A stretch of 64,000 nucleotides of DNA from an uncultured Gammaproteobacteria bacterium (GCA_964345045.1 CAYFPM010000001.1:44215-108214), one strand, 5' to 3'; numbered from the stretch's first letter, positions 11,270 through 21,829 are shown. The notes: generated by a model not told the origin, from the sequence alone. A program made the numbers and translations.

Positions 11270-11474
11270 GATTATAATTTTCAAATTACAAGAAACAAGA
11301 TACAAATTTTGCAAGATTAAGCTAAATATCTTACTTAACACTGTTTTTACAGTAATAGCTGATATTATCAGAGGAAGTGATTTTTGTCAACTAAGTACTG
11401 GGCAGTTTGGGGGTAGCCTCCAAAAAAGAGATCTTATTGATTATTTCGCTAAAATAAGGTATTGTGGGCATATT

Positions 11475-11729
11475 ATGGATATAGAAAAGGAAATAAATAA
11501 AATCCAAGCTAGGAACATTAAAGTTGAGGCAAACAAGGCTTGGGAGACTAGCCAAACCAGAAGATGGTCTATTTTCCTAATAACCTATGTAATTGCTGTA
11601 ATCTGGCTTTATTCCATTGGGGAGTCAGGTTATTTATTAAAAGCTTTTGTGCCTGCATTGGGTTGGTTACTTTCCACTATGACTTTGCCTTTTATTAAGA
11701 ATATTTGGTTAAAAAAGAGAAATAAATAA
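11475..11729 (+). CDS. small 2-TM membrane protein (hypothetical)
   Basis: MDIEKE...WSIFLITYVIAVIWLYSIG...LGWLLSTMTLPFI. Confidence 0.3.
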   Translation: MDIEKEINKIQARNIKVEANKAWETSQTRRWSIFLITYVIAVIWLYSIGESGYLLKAFVPALGWLLSTMTLPFIKNIWLKKRNK

Positions 11730-11731
11730 AT

Positions 11732-14407
11732 ATGAAAGAACTTCCAAAAGCCTACGAACCACAAAAATACGAGGATGGGATTTATAAAAAATGGGAAGAA
11801 TCCGGCTATTTTAATCCGGACGTTTGTATTGAAAAAGGAGTTACAGATAAAGACGCCGAGCCCTTTAGTATTGTGTTACCCCCACCAAACGTAACTGGAA
11901 CTCTACATATTGGCCACGCGGTCATGCTTGCGATCGAAGATGTCATGGTGCGCTATCACCGCATGAAAGGTGATAAGACTCTGTGGGTACCAGGGACTGA
12001 CCATGCCGCTATTGCTACCCAAGAAAAAGTAGAGAGATTACTATGGGATACCGAGAAAAAGACTAGGCATGATCTAGGTCGCGAAGAATTTCTAAAGCGC
12101 GTAGATCAATTTGCCAAAGACAGTCACGACACCATTGTAAACCAAGCCAAGAAAATGGGAACAAGTCTCGACTGGTCACGTGAATACTATTCGCTAGATG
12201 AAAATTTGAACATTGCTGTTCGTACTGCTTTTACCACCATGTACGAAGAAGGTCTTATTTATCGTGGTGACAGAATTGTAAACTGGGATCCAAAGATGCA
12301 GTCGAATGTGTCGGATATAGAGGTAGATAGAAAAGAACAAAAAACCAGATTTTATTATTTCAAATATGGTCCGTTTGAGATTGGCACTGCCAGACCAGAA
12401 ACCAAGTTTGGGGACAAATATGTAGTCATGCATCCAGATGATAAACGTTACAAGGATTATAAACACGGGGACACATTTGAGTGCGAATGGATCAACGGCA
12501 AAATTACCGCCACCATTATAAAAGACGAAGCCGTTGACCCAGAATTTGGAACAGGGGTAATGACCATTACTCCGTGGCACGACGCCACTGACTTTGCGAT
12601 TGCCGAGCGTCACAATCTCGACAAAGAACAGATTATCGACAAAGACGGCAAGCTCATGCCGGTGGCTGGTGAATTTGCTGGCATGGATATTTTTGAAGCC
12701 AGACCAAAGATTGTCGAGAAGCTAAAAGAAAAAGGTCTGCTGACCAAAGTAGACGAAGATTATGTACACCAGATTGCAACTAACAGTCGTGGTGGTGGGG
12801 TGATCGAGCCGCAGATTATGAAGCAGTGGTGGATGGATGTGAATAAAAAGTTCAAAGCGAAAAGCGGGAAGCTAACAGGGATAAAAGAAGGGCAAGAGAT
12901 AACACTTCAGGAAGTGATGCAACAAGTAGTGAAGTCTGGTCAGATCGAAATTCTACCAGAAAACTTTAAGAAAATTTATTTTCATTGGATAGATAATCTG
13001 CAAGATTGGTGCTTATCGCGCCAGCTTTGGTTTGGGCATAGGGTGCCAGCTTGGTATCGTGATGACGAAGTGTATGTAGGAGTGGACGCTCCAGAGGGTG
13101 AGGGTTGGGAGCAAGATCCAGACACACTTGATACTTGGTTTTCTGCTGGGTTATTTACTTTCTCTCCACTAGGGTGGCCAAACGAGACTGATGATTCCAA
13201 AATTTACCATCCTACAAGTGTCCTCGAAACTGGTTACGACACTCTTTTCTTCTGGGTGGCCAGAATGATTCTTATGAGTACCTATCATTTGGGTGACATT
13301 CCATTTAAGACCGTTTACTTGCATGGTTTGGTACGAGATGAAAAGGGTAGGAAGATGAGTAAGTCGCTTGATAATATTATCAATCCGCTTGATGTGTGTG
13401 AGAAGTATGGGACAGATGCTGTGCGACTTTCACTTATGATTGGTTCGACCCCAGGGAATGACACCAAACTTTCGGAAGAGAAGATCGCCAGTTTTCGTAA
13501 TTTTGCCAATAAGCTTTGGAATATATCTCGTTTCATGTTGATGCAAATTGACAATGAACAAATAACAATGAACAATGAGCAAACTCTAGAAGCGAGAACG
13601 TTGTCAGATTTGTGGATTTTGAAAAAAATGGAAAGTGTGGTTGCTATTATTTCTGGAGATCTCGAAAATTATCAATTCTCTCAAGCCGGTGAAACGCTTC
13701 GTGATTTTACATGGAACGAATTGGCTGACTGGTATTTGGAAATTGTTAAAATCGAGGGTGGTAAGTCTGAGATTTTGAATTATGTTTTGAACACTATTTT
13801 GAAACTTTGGCATCCATACATGCCGTTTGTAACAGAAGCTATCTGGAAAGAAGTTTATGGTGAGGATCAAATGTTGATGGTCGAATCTTGGCCAAAAAAT
13901 ACAGATGGTGTAGAGCAAGGTTACAAAAAAGGTGTGTCTACATTTGTAGAATTTGGGATTATTCAGGAGATTATTGTCGGAATTCGTTCCCTGCGAGCAG
14001 ATTTAAATATTGAACCTGGTAAAAAGATCAATATTAGAGTGAGTGCAGGGGATAAAGTTGATTTATTAAATGAGAATGTTGAGGTTATAAAGGGGTTGGC
14101 ACGACTTGAAAAGATTGAGATTGAAACTAAGATTGAGAAAAAAGATGGAGAGGTGGGTTTTGTATCTGGTGGTATAGAAGTATTTGTAAATTTGTCTGGA
14201 GCAGTGGACATAGAAAAAGAAAAATCTAGAATCGAAAAAGAAATTGCCAAGGTAGAGCCATATGTAAGTAGCCTTGAGAAAAAACTTTCGAACAAAGGCT
14301 TTACAGATAATGCTCCAGAAGAGATACTAGCAGGTGAGAAGAAAAAATTGGAAGAGGCGAAAGAGAAGTTGGAGAAATTGCAAGAGCAGTTAACCAATCT
14401 AAATTAG
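11732..14407 (+). CDS. valS: valyl-tRNA synthetase
   Basis: PPPNVTGTLHIGHA (HIGH), KMSKS, C-terminal coiled coil. Confidence 0.92.
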   Translation: MKELPKAYEPQKYEDGIYKKWEESGYFNPDVCIEKGVTDKDAEPFSIVLPPPNVTGTLHIGHAVMLAIEDVMVRYHRMKGDKTLWVPGTDHAAIATQEKVERLLWDTEKKTRHDLGREEFLKRVDQFAKDSHDTIVNQAKKMGTSLDWSREYYSLDENLNIAVRTAFTTMYEEGLIYRGDRIVNWDPKMQSNVSDIEVDRKEQKTRFYYFKYGPFEIGTARPETKFGDKYVVMHPDDKRYKDYKHGDTFECEWINGKITATIIKDEAVDPEFGTGVMTITPWHDATDFAIAERHNLDKEQIIDKDGKLMPVAGEFAGMDIFEARPKIVEKLKEKGLLTKVDEDYVHQIATNSRGGGVIEPQIMKQWWMDVNKKFKAKSGKLTGIKEGQEITLQEVMQQVVKSGQIEILPENFKKIYFHWIDNLQDWCLSRQLWFGHRVPAWYRDDEVYVGVDAPEGEGWEQDPDTLDTWFSAGLFTFSPLGWPNETDDSKIYHPTSVLETGYDTLFFWVARMILMSTYHLGDIPFKTVYLHGLVRDEKGRKMSKSLDNIINPLDVCEKYGTDAVRLSLMIGSTPGNDTKLSEEKIASFRNFANKLWNISRFMLMQIDNEQITMNNEQTLEARTLSDLWILKKMESVVAIISGDLENYQFSQAGETLRDFTWNELADWYLEIVKIEGGKSEILNYVLNTILKLWHPYMPFVTEAIWKEVYGEDQMLMVESWPKNTDGVEQGYKKGVSTFVEFGIIQEIIVGIRSLRADLNIEPGKKINIRVSAGDKVDLLNENVEVIKGLARLEKIEIETKIEKKDGEVGFVSGGIEVFVNLSGAVDIEKEKSRIEKEIAKVEPYVSSLEKKLSNKGFTDNAPEEILAGEKKKLEEAKEKLEKLQEQLTNLN

Positions 14408-14456
14408 GTCCTCCTCTTTCAGGAGAGGAAACTTTATAAGGGGAAAATAATAAGAT

Positions 14457-15638
14457 ATGTCAATTAATACAAACAACCAAAAAATCCAAGAACTTCTTAG
14501 TCGTGGGGTAGAAGAAATAATTGGCAAAGAAAGTCTGGAGAAAAAATTAAAATCTGGCAAGCAGCTCCGCATCAAGCTTGGCATTGACCCTACTAGTCCA
14601 AACATCCATGTTGGTCGCTCGATTCCACTACTCAAACTTCGTGACTTTCAAGAACTTGGTCACAAAATTGTTTTTATACTTGGAGATTTTACCGGGGTAG
14701 TGGGCGACACTAGCGACAAAGATAGTGAACGTCCAATGCTAGACAACAAAAAAATAAAACAAAATCTGAAAACATATGCCAAACAAGCTGGCAAGATCCT
14801 CGACATTAAAAAGTGTGAAGTAGTTAAAAATAGTAAATGGCTTGGTAAACTTGGTTATCACGAAATTGCCGAGCAGGCCAATGTATTTTCTGTCCACGAA
14901 TTTATTGCTCGCGAAAATATAAAAAAGAGACTAGACGCTGGCAAAAGAGTTTCTTTGCGCGAAGTGCTTTACCCACTTATGCAAGGTTACGACTCTGTGG
15001 CTATTAAGTCTGACGTAGAACTTGGAGGTACAGACCAACGCTTCAACTTGCTCGCAGGGAGATCACTCCAAGAAAATTTTGGTCAAAATCCGCAAGACAT
15101 TATTATGGGGCCAATACTAGAGGGGACAGATGGCCGCAAGATGAGTAGTAGCTGGGGCAACACTATCAACCTAACAGACGAACCAAACGAAATGTTTGGA
15201 AAAGCCATGTCTATACCGGATGATCTTATTATCAAGTATTTCCGCTTGGCTACCAGAGTGCCATTGGACGAAGTAGAAAAGATTGAGACTGAGATAAAAA
15301 ATGGGGGGAACCCTCGTGATGCCAAAGTGAAGTTGGCTAGTGCCTTGGTGCAGATGTACCATGGAGAGAAAGAGGCCAAAGCGGCAGAAGAAAATTTTGT
15401 AAACACCTTTGCCAAAAAGCAGGTGCCGGATGATATTAAAGAATTAAAACCTTCTGCCTATGATATCATTACAGTTCTAATCGAGGCTGGATTTGTGAAT
15501 AGTAAATCCGAAGCCAGAAGAGCTGTGGAGCAGGGTGGGGTGAAGGTGAATGAAGAAAAAATAACTAAGATTGAGACGGAGATTAAGATTGGCGACATTG
15601 TGCAAAAGGGGAAAAGATTTTTTGTGAAGATTAAGTAA
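14457..15638 (+). CDS. tyrS: tyrosyl-tRNA synthetase (class I, with C-terminal S4-like domain)
   Basis: GIDPTSPNIHVGRS, KMSSS, C-terminal RRAVEQGGVKVN S4-like. Confidence 0.7.
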   Translation: MSINTNNQKIQELLSRGVEEIIGKESLEKKLKSGKQLRIKLGIDPTSPNIHVGRSIPLLKLRDFQELGHKIVFILGDFTGVVGDTSDKDSERPMLDNKKIKQNLKTYAKQAGKILDIKKCEVVKNSKWLGKLGYHEIAEQANVFSVHEFIARENIKKRLDAGKRVSLREVLYPLMQGYDSVAIKSDVELGGTDQRFNLLAGRSLQENFGQNPQDIIMGPILEGTDGRKMSSSWGNTINLTDEPNEMFGKAMSIPDDLIIKYFRLATRVPLDEVEKIETEIKNGGNPRDAKVKLASALVQMYHGEKEAKAAEENFVNTFAKKQVPDDIKELKPSAYDIITVLIEAGFVNSKSEARRAVEQGGVKVNEEKITKIETEIKIGDIVQKGKRFFVKIK

Positions 15639-15680
15639 TTTTGTAAATAATAATTAGTGAACAGTAAATAGAATCTAATT

Positions 15681-17390
15681 ATGATAGATAAGATTAAAAA
15701 AGATATAATTTCTATTTTGGAAAAAGTCGGGGTGACTGGTGAGATAGAGCTAACTAGTCCTCCAAAGAGAGAGATGGGGGACTTGGCTTTTGGGTGTTTT
15801 GCTTTGGCCAAGGTAGAGGGAAATAATCCAGTAGAAATTGCAAAGGAACTAAAAGCGAAAAGCGAAAAACTAACAGGGGGCTTGATTGAGAAGGTAGAAG
15901 CTTTTGGGCCTTATGTTAATTTTTTCTTGAATTCCAATGAATTAGCCAAACAAGTGTTGGAAAATGTAACTAAGGAATATGGAAAAAACGAAATGGGAAA
16001 AGATGAGAAAGTAATGGTAGAATTTGCTCATCCCAATACTCACAAGGCCTTTCACATTGGGCATTTGCGAAATATTATCACTGGTGAGAGTGTCGTGAGG
16101 ATTCTTGAGAATGCTGGTTACGAAGTAATCCGAGCCAATTATCAAGGCGATGTTGGTATGCATATTGCCAAGTGTCTTTACGGATTTCAGATTTCAGATT
16201 TAGGATTTCAGAATTTATTAAAATTGAGTGATAAGTCTCTTGAAGAAAGAATAAAGATGATTGGGGAGGTGTATGCCAAAGGGTCTAAGGCGTTTGAAGA
16301 AAGTGAAGAAGTAAAAGAAATTGTTCGCGATCTTAATACAGACATTTACGAGCAAAATGAAAATATAAAAGAAATCTACCAATTAACTCGTGGTTGGAGT
16401 TTGGAATATTTTGATTCTATTTACAAAAGAGTTGGCTCTCATTTTGGCAGACTTTATTTTGAGTCCGAGGTTTTTGCCCGGGGGATAGAGATTGTAAAAG
16501 AGTTTGTAGGCAAAGGAGTTTTCAAAGAAAGTGAAGGAGCGATCATATTCCCTGGCAGTGAGTACGGCTTACACGATCGCGTATTCATCACTGGCAAAGG
16601 CTACCCAACTTACGAAGCCAAAGATTTGGGGCTAGCAGAATTACAATTCAAAGAAAAAAATCCAGACAAAATTATTCACGTAGTCGGCAAAGAACAGACA
16701 GATTATTTTAGAGTTGTTTTTAAAGCTTTGGAATTTACTTTGCCAGAAAGCAAGGGAAAAGAAGAACATCTCAACTATGGTTGGGTAGATTTGAAGCATG
16801 GCAAAATGAGTTCTAGAACCGGAAACGTGGTGCTGGGCGAATGGCTGCTCGATGAGGTAGAAAAAAAAGTTGCTAGTATAATGGGAGCAAGAGAAATAGA
16901 GGAAAAACAGGAAGTAGTAGAAAAAGTAGGAATGGCTGCTACCAAATATGCCTTTTTGAAAACTGGAGTGAAAAATGATATTAAATTCGATTTGGATGAA
17001 TCTGTTAGACTAGACGGGGATAGCGGCCCATATTTGCTTTATATTGTCGCTAGGATTAAAAGTATTTTGAAAAAGGCTAACAGCGGAAAGCTAACAGCGA
17101 AAAGCGATTACAATATTGAAATATCAGAGTCGGAGAAACAAGTTATACTTAAATTGAGTAATTTCCCAGAAGTGACAAAACTAGCAGCACAAGAATATGA
17201 TCCTTCGAAGATAGCTAAGTATTTGTTTGAACTGGCACAAAGTTTTAATACTTTTTATGCAAATTGTTCTGTGCTAGATGCAGAGAGTGAAAATATTAAA
17301 ATTTTTAGAATTAAATTAATAGAAAAAGTAGAAATCGTAATGGCAGAAGGATTAAAATTACTTGGAATTGAAGCGGTAGAAAAAATGTAG
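15681..17390 (+). CDS. argS: arginyl-tRNA synthetase
   Basis: FAHPNTHKAFHIGHLRN and KMSSRTGNVV motifs; DALR-type C-terminus. Confidence 0.88.
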   Translation: MIDKIKKDIISILEKVGVTGEIELTSPPKREMGDLAFGCFALAKVEGNNPVEIAKELKAKSEKLTGGLIEKVEAFGPYVNFFLNSNELAKQVLENVTKEYGKNEMGKDEKVMVEFAHPNTHKAFHIGHLRNIITGESVVRILENAGYEVIRANYQGDVGMHIAKCLYGFQISDLGFQNLLKLSDKSLEERIKMIGEVYAKGSKAFEESEEVKEIVRDLNTDIYEQNENIKEIYQLTRGWSLEYFDSIYKRVGSHFGRLYFESEVFARGIEIVKEFVGKGVFKESEGAIIFPGSEYGLHDRVFITGKGYPTYEAKDLGLAELQFKEKNPDKIIHVVGKEQTDYFRVVFKALEFTLPESKGKEEHLNYGWVDLKHGKMSSRTGNVVLGEWLLDEVEKKVASIMGAREIEEKQEVVEKVGMAATKYAFLKTGVKNDIKFDLDESVRLDGDSGPYLLYIVARIKSILKKANSGKLTAKSDYNIEISESEKQVILKLSNFPEVTKLAAQEYDPSKIAKYLFELAQSFNTFYANCSVLDAESENIKIFRIKLIEKVEIVMAEGLKLLGIEAVEKM

Positions 17391-17439
17391 AAGTATTTTT
17401 TATTAGAGGTGTTTAAATAATTTACTACTAGTATAAGGA

Positions 17440-17643
17440 TTGCTTATGCCAAAAGTTAATAAAGAACCAATAGAAAGAGTAACATTAAAGTTACCAAAAA
17501 GTGTTGCTACTTATTTTCGCAAAGCTTTTCCACATGGGAGACGTAGTGAGTTTGTAGCCAAATGTATTTTGGATTACAAACACAAGCAAGAAGTAGAAGA
17601 CATTGAAAAAGAATTAAGAAAAGTTAGCCAAAATAGACAATAA
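17440..17643 (+). CDS. ribbon-helix-helix (CopG/Arc-like) antitoxin candidate
   Basis: 67 aa, N-terminal beta-strand ERVTLKLPKSVATYFRKA; immediately upstream of MazF-like gene. Confidence 0.5.
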   Translation: MLMPKVNKEPIERVTLKLPKSVATYFRKAFPHGRRSEFVAKCILDYKHKQEVEDIEKELRKVSQNRQ

Positions 17644-17687
17644 TTATTTAGATTGTTGGATTATTATTTTTTAAATTAAGAGATAAT

Positions 17688-18062
17688 ATGGAATTTGATT
17701 TGGACAATATGTATTGTGGGGCCATTCGTAGAGGCGATATTTTTTTGCACGAAGAGCCAGACAATACCGAAAAACCTGTGGTGGTACTACAAGATAATCT
17801 TCTTAATGATGGTTTGCCTACTATTGTGTGCGCGCTTTTGGTGCCACACAAAAAAGAACACGAAGTATTTGCCAATGAAGTTTTTTTGGACAAAAGTGAA
17901 ACTGGTTTGGGCAAAGATGCTATTTGCCAATTGCACAAAGTTATTACTATGGATAGAAGAGGAATGGTAGCCAAAAAAGGAGAACTCCACCCAGAAAAAT
18001 TGCAAAAAGTATACAAGGCTTTGGATATAAATTTTGGAAGATTTCGTGATAAAAAGATGTAA
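17688..18062 (+). CDS. MazF/PemK family endoribonuclease toxin
   Basis: RGDIFLHEEPDN...KPVVVLQDN...IVCALLVPH...MVAKKGELHPEKLQKVYKAL matches PemK/MazF fold landmarks. Confidence 0.6.
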   Translation: MEFDLDNMYCGAIRRGDIFLHEEPDNTEKPVVVLQDNLLNDGLPTIVCALLVPHKKEHEVFANEVFLDKSETGLGKDAICQLHKVITMDRRGMVAKKGELHPEKLQKVYKALDINFGRFRDKKM

Positions 18063-18100
18063 ACAATATTTTTTATTAAACTTTTTACAAGAATAAAAGT

Positions 18101-18125
18101 AGACTAAACGTCTATTTTTTATTTT
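18101..18125 (+). terminator. intrinsic terminator after TA pair
   Basis: gtagactaaacgtctatttttt. Confidence 0.5.
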
Positions 18126-18132
18126 ATTAAAA

Positions 18133-18161
18133 TTGACAGAAAGGGTTTTTAAAGGTATGTT
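18133..18161 (+). promoter_or_regulatory. sigma70-like promoter TTGACA-17-TATGTT driving GC-rich gene 18222
   Basis: ttgaca gaaagggtttttaaagg tatgtt; RBS aaaggaaaaacc before ATG. Confidence 0.5.
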
Positions 18162-18221
18162 GGATGTACCAAAATTTCGTTCTTTTTACTTTTTTAGAAA
18201 AAAAAGAGAAAGGAAAAACCG

Positions 18222-19361
18222 ATGCAACAGAGAGCATCACCGGCAACTACTGCCGTCAACGCGGTGAACGCGACGTCTCGAAGAAAGCCTCGTCGTCCTA
18301 CGTGGCGGCGGATCATGCTTCAGCTAACGAAGCCACTTCGTCAGCTTTTCACTCTCGTGTTGGTATTCGCCTGGAAACTATACCAAGGAGTTTGGGGGCA
18401 TCGAAAGAGGATCCCCTTCGTCTTCTTCGTGTACGGCACCGAGCGTGACAAGCGGGCCTACTTCCCTGCTTGGGCCGAGGAGATCCTTCCGGATGTCTTC
18501 CCCATTGCACTCATGAAGTTTCGTGGTCGCAGTGGCCGCGTGATGGCCACCTTCAATGACGTCAACAAACTGCGCGAATCTCCCGCTTTGGCGGTTGGCC
18601 TTTTGGGCTATTACCGCAAGCTGTTCCCCAATTCGGGACCGGTGGCCTTGGCTGGGCAGCTGCCTAGCTTGGTACACAAAGCTGGCGGCAAACTAAAGCA
18701 GCCGTTTGTCCAAGGCACCCGTGGCACCCGTTTTGCCCTCATCGAAGGCTCCCGAGCCTTGGCCAGAGAGTATGGGAGCGATCCAAAGAATCTGACCATC
18801 GCTGTTCTTGGGGGCGCTGGCTATACCGGCCGGTTCGTGGTGTTCGACTTGTCGAACATTTTTGGGCGGGTTGTTGCCTACGACCCTCGGTACACCAAAG
18901 GCCCTACCAACAGCGTGCCGGATACCCCGATCAACATTGCTTTCACCGCAGATCCCTCCGAGTTGGGAAGAGCCGATGTGGTGATCGTCCTCACAGCTAG
19001 TGGAGACGACATTGACGGTGTGGTTGATAACTTGCGTCGAGGAGCAATCCTTGGCGACGACACCCATCCCTGCATGGGTGAAATCGTGCGTGGGCATCTG
19101 GAAGATGCTGGGGTCAAGTATCTCAAGCTTACGACTTCGACTGGTGGTAAAGTACGGATCTTACCGCGTCTCCCCAACTTCCGGGGTGATGACGTTCCGG
19201 GTTGCTTGATCGAAGCCTTGGTGGTAGCAGAGGGACACGAAGTATCTGCGTGTCCCAAAGAACCAAATCCTGGTGATTACGATAGGCAGCACGCCTTCAA
19301 CGAAGCGGCGCGCGAACTTGGTTTCCAAGCCAGGCTGGCCGAGCATACCGGTGATTCATGA
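18222..19361 (+). CDS. Rossmann-fold NAD(P)-binding oxidoreductase-like protein on a high-GC island (family not resolved)
   Basis: IAVLGGAGYTGRFVV glycine-rich dinucleotide-binding motif; GC content far above flanks. Confidence 0.35.
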   Translation: MQQRASPATTAVNAVNATSRRKPRRPTWRRIMLQLTKPLRQLFTLVLVFAWKLYQGVWGHRKRIPFVFFVYGTERDKRAYFPAWAEEILPDVFPIALMKFRGRSGRVMATFNDVNKLRESPALAVGLLGYYRKLFPNSGPVALAGQLPSLVHKAGGKLKQPFVQGTRGTRFALIEGSRALAREYGSDPKNLTIAVLGGAGYTGRFVVFDLSNIFGRVVAYDPRYTKGPTNSVPDTPINIAFTADPSELGRADVVIVLTASGDDIDGVVDNLRRGAILGDDTHPCMGEIVRGHLEDAGVKYLKLTTSTGGKVRILPRLPNFRGDDVPGCLIEALVVAEGHEVSACPKEPNPGDYDRQHAFNEAARELGFQARLAEHTGDS

Positions 19362-19514
19362 CTCGTTGTTTTCCTAACTTCTTAATTGATCTTTTTTTGT
19401 CGAGAAGCGTTGATTCTCAAAAATCTTCGCTTCTCCACAAAACTCCATTACAAGATGGTGTTTTTTTATTTTTAGAATTAAAAACAAAAATGTTGTATAA
19501 TATACAACAAAAAT

Positions 19515-21152
19515 ATGTTTGAATTTGATTTTCGTAACATAATTGTTTTCGTTTCATTAGCCATTCATGCTTTGTTGCTTTGGATATTGTTTCGTTATGG
19601 TAGAAAAACTCCTGGAGGCAAAGCCTACTCCATTGCAATTTTAGCAATTGCCGGTTGGGTGCTCCCCATGACTTTTTATCGGGCGCATTTTTTTGGAGAA
19701 GTATTACTTTGGGCAAGATTGTTATATATAATGGCTTCGTTTACTTCGACCAGTTTTTTCTTTTTTACACTGGTTTTCCCGGAGAATAAAAAAATACCAC
19801 TTTGGCTTCAGTTATTTATAGTTTTAGAAAACTTAGCAATCATTTCTATAATTTTACATCCGACCTGGATGATTCGAGGAGTCCAAATAGTAAAAGATGC
19901 CGAAGATGTAATTTTGTGGGGGCCACTGTATTTTGTATATGTAAATCATATATCCCTATACTTTTTGGCTGGTTTTGTTACTCTTTTTCGCAAAATGCGC
20001 AAAGCCAGTGGAGTATTGCACAAACAGATCGCGACTATTTTGACTGGCTATTTTGTGGCAGCCAATTTGGCTATGACCACCAACTTAATTTTACCTTGGT
20101 TTGGGTATTTTGAGCTAAACTGGATAGGTCAATTCTTTTCTACATTGGTAGCTGCTTTTACTACCTACGCTATCTTAAAACACAAACTATTGAATATAAA
20201 AGTATTGGCAACAGAATCTTTTATTCTCCTGTTAAATTTATTTTTATTCTTCCAGTTCATTTTGTCCGGTTCGCCAGTAGAATTTGCAGTTAATGCTTTG
20301 TTGCTTTTTGCTGTTATGGTGATTTCTTACTTGACCATACGAAGTGTAGCCAAAGAAGTGGAACGCCGAAGAGAGGTAACCGAATTGGCCGAATCTTTGG
20401 AAAAAGCCAATTTAAGACTGTTAAAATTAGACAAACAAAAAACAGAATTTTTATCGATTGCTTCTCATCAATTACGCACACCGTTGTCTATTATAAAAGG
20501 ATATATAGAACTTATTTCCGATGGAGCTTATGGTAAACCAACACGAAAAATGAAAAAGATTTTAGGAGATATAGATAGTAGTAATGAAAGGTTGGTAAAA
20601 TTGGTAGATGATTTTCTAAATATTAGTCGTATAGAACAAGGTAGAACCAAATATATTTTTGAATACAATGATTTGGCAGAAACCATAGACGGAGCTGTAA
20701 AAGAATTACAAGAAAAAGCCGAAGAAAAAGATATGCAAATAGAATGGAAAAAAGAAGATGAATGTTCTATATTTATGGACGAAGAAAAAATTAGACATGT
20801 TGTATTTAACTTTGTAGACAATGCGATAAAATATAGTACAGAAGGTGTTGTTAAAGTGTTTTTGGAACATGATGGTGTCGACGTAACTGTAAGAGTGGTA
20901 GACGATGGTATTGGTTTCAAAAAAGCCGATGGAGCTAATTTTTTCCAAAAATTTTACAGAGGAGAAAATGTAAAAAATACCAATGTAAACGGAACCGGTT
21001 TGGGTATATACGTTTGCAAAATGTTTATAGATGCTCATAGCGGAAAAGTCTGGGCCAAAAGCCCGGGGCTTGGCAAAGGTTCGGAATTTGGTTTTACAAT
21101 CCCAATAGAACAAGGGGATAGACCTGCTGAATTACAAATGGAGGCAGAATAG
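19515..21152 (+). CDS. sensor histidine kinase with multi-TM N-terminal sensor domain (no adjacent response regulator)
   Basis: about 7 TM helices, HisKA H-box LSIASHQLRTPLSIIKGY, HATPase_c N/G boxes. Confidence 0.85.
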   Translation: MFEFDFRNIIVFVSLAIHALLLWILFRYGRKTPGGKAYSIAILAIAGWVLPMTFYRAHFFGEVLLWARLLYIMASFTSTSFFFFTLVFPENKKIPLWLQLFIVLENLAIISIILHPTWMIRGVQIVKDAEDVILWGPLYFVYVNHISLYFLAGFVTLFRKMRKASGVLHKQIATILTGYFVAANLAMTTNLILPWFGYFELNWIGQFFSTLVAAFTTYAILKHKLLNIKVLATESFILLLNLFLFFQFILSGSPVEFAVNALLLFAVMVISYLTIRSVAKEVERRREVTELAESLEKANLRLLKLDKQKTEFLSIASHQLRTPLSIIKGYIELISDGAYGKPTRKMKKILGDIDSSNERLVKLVDDFLNISRIEQGRTKYIFEYNDLAETIDGAVKELQEKAEEKDMQIEWKKEDECSIFMDEEKIRHVVFNFVDNAIKYSTEGVVKVFLEHDGVDVTVRVVDDGIGFKKADGANFFQKFYRGENVKNTNVNGTGLGIYVCKMFIDAHSGKVWAKSPGLGKGSEFGFTIPIEQGDRPAELQMEAE

Positions 21153-21209
21153 TCCATATTTGAAAGGATTATACTTTTGTAGTAATATAGCTTAGTTCCT
21201 AATTAAATT

Positions 21210-21668
21210 TTGTATATGTTTCAAAAACCATCACCAGACATTGCGCTTTCTCAAAATAATTATAACGAGGGAACCGATGATGTAGAGACTGTTGTAGGCC
21301 CGTCTGTTCATGTAGAGGGGGATTTTGCCTCCGAGGGGAATATATTGGTAAAAGGGATTGTGTCCGGTAGTGTAAAAACCAGCAAACTTTTGACTGCCGA
21401 AACCGGCTCCAAAATATTGGCCAATGTAAAGGCTGGTAGTGCTATAATTTCTGGTTCTATAAAAGGTAATGTAAAAGTAGCAGACAGATTAGAAGTAACT
21501 GCTTCTGCCCAAATTGCCGGAGATATAGACTGCAAAGTATTGGTAGTAGAAGCCGGGGCAAAAATACATGGCAAAGTAAACATGAAAGGGATTGAAATAG
21601 AAGGTGCTGCCAGTAAAAAAAGTATTATAAGAAAATCAAGTAAAGGAGACGAAGATAAAAAAGAATAA
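21210..21668 (+). CDS. bactofilin (DUF583) family cytoskeletal protein
   Basis: repetitive beta-helix pattern GDFASEGNILVKGIVSGSVKT...KGNVKVADRLEVTASAQIAGDIDCK. Confidence 0.75.
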   Translation: MYMFQKPSPDIALSQNNYNEGTDDVETVVGPSVHVEGDFASEGNILVKGIVSGSVKTSKLLTAETGSKILANVKAGSAIISGSIKGNVKVADRLEVTASAQIAGDIDCKVLVVEAGAKIHGKVNMKGIEIEGAASKKSIIRKSSKGDEDKKE

Positions 21669-21829
21669 AGTGAGGCTTACATAGCTATAGAGGCTTACAC
21701 AGCTTATGGGCAAACTAACCTCTTAAGCTTTGTAAGCTTTTTATGCATTGTAAGCCTTTATTGTTTATGTACGTTTATTTGTACGATAAATTTTTGGAGC
21801 AAAAAAAGTACGATACTTTGATAAAGTCT

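Noticed and set aside
16180-16215. Tandem gatttcag repeats in argS and acaagaa / actactaact repeats in FemAB gene (40490-40530, 40965-40995)
   Set aside because: Short in-frame low-complexity slippage repeats inside CDS; no evidence of function beyond small peptide insertions
18164-18448. 94-aa ORF starting at the promoter -10 region
   Set aside because: Out of frame with and largely overlapping the 379-aa GC-rich gene that has a proper RBS; starts inside the predicted -10 element
21670-21765. Possible CRISPR array from GTAAGCC-type repeats
   Set aside because: Repeats are short, degenerate and irregularly spaced; no cas genes; pattern recurs at many unrelated intergenic sites
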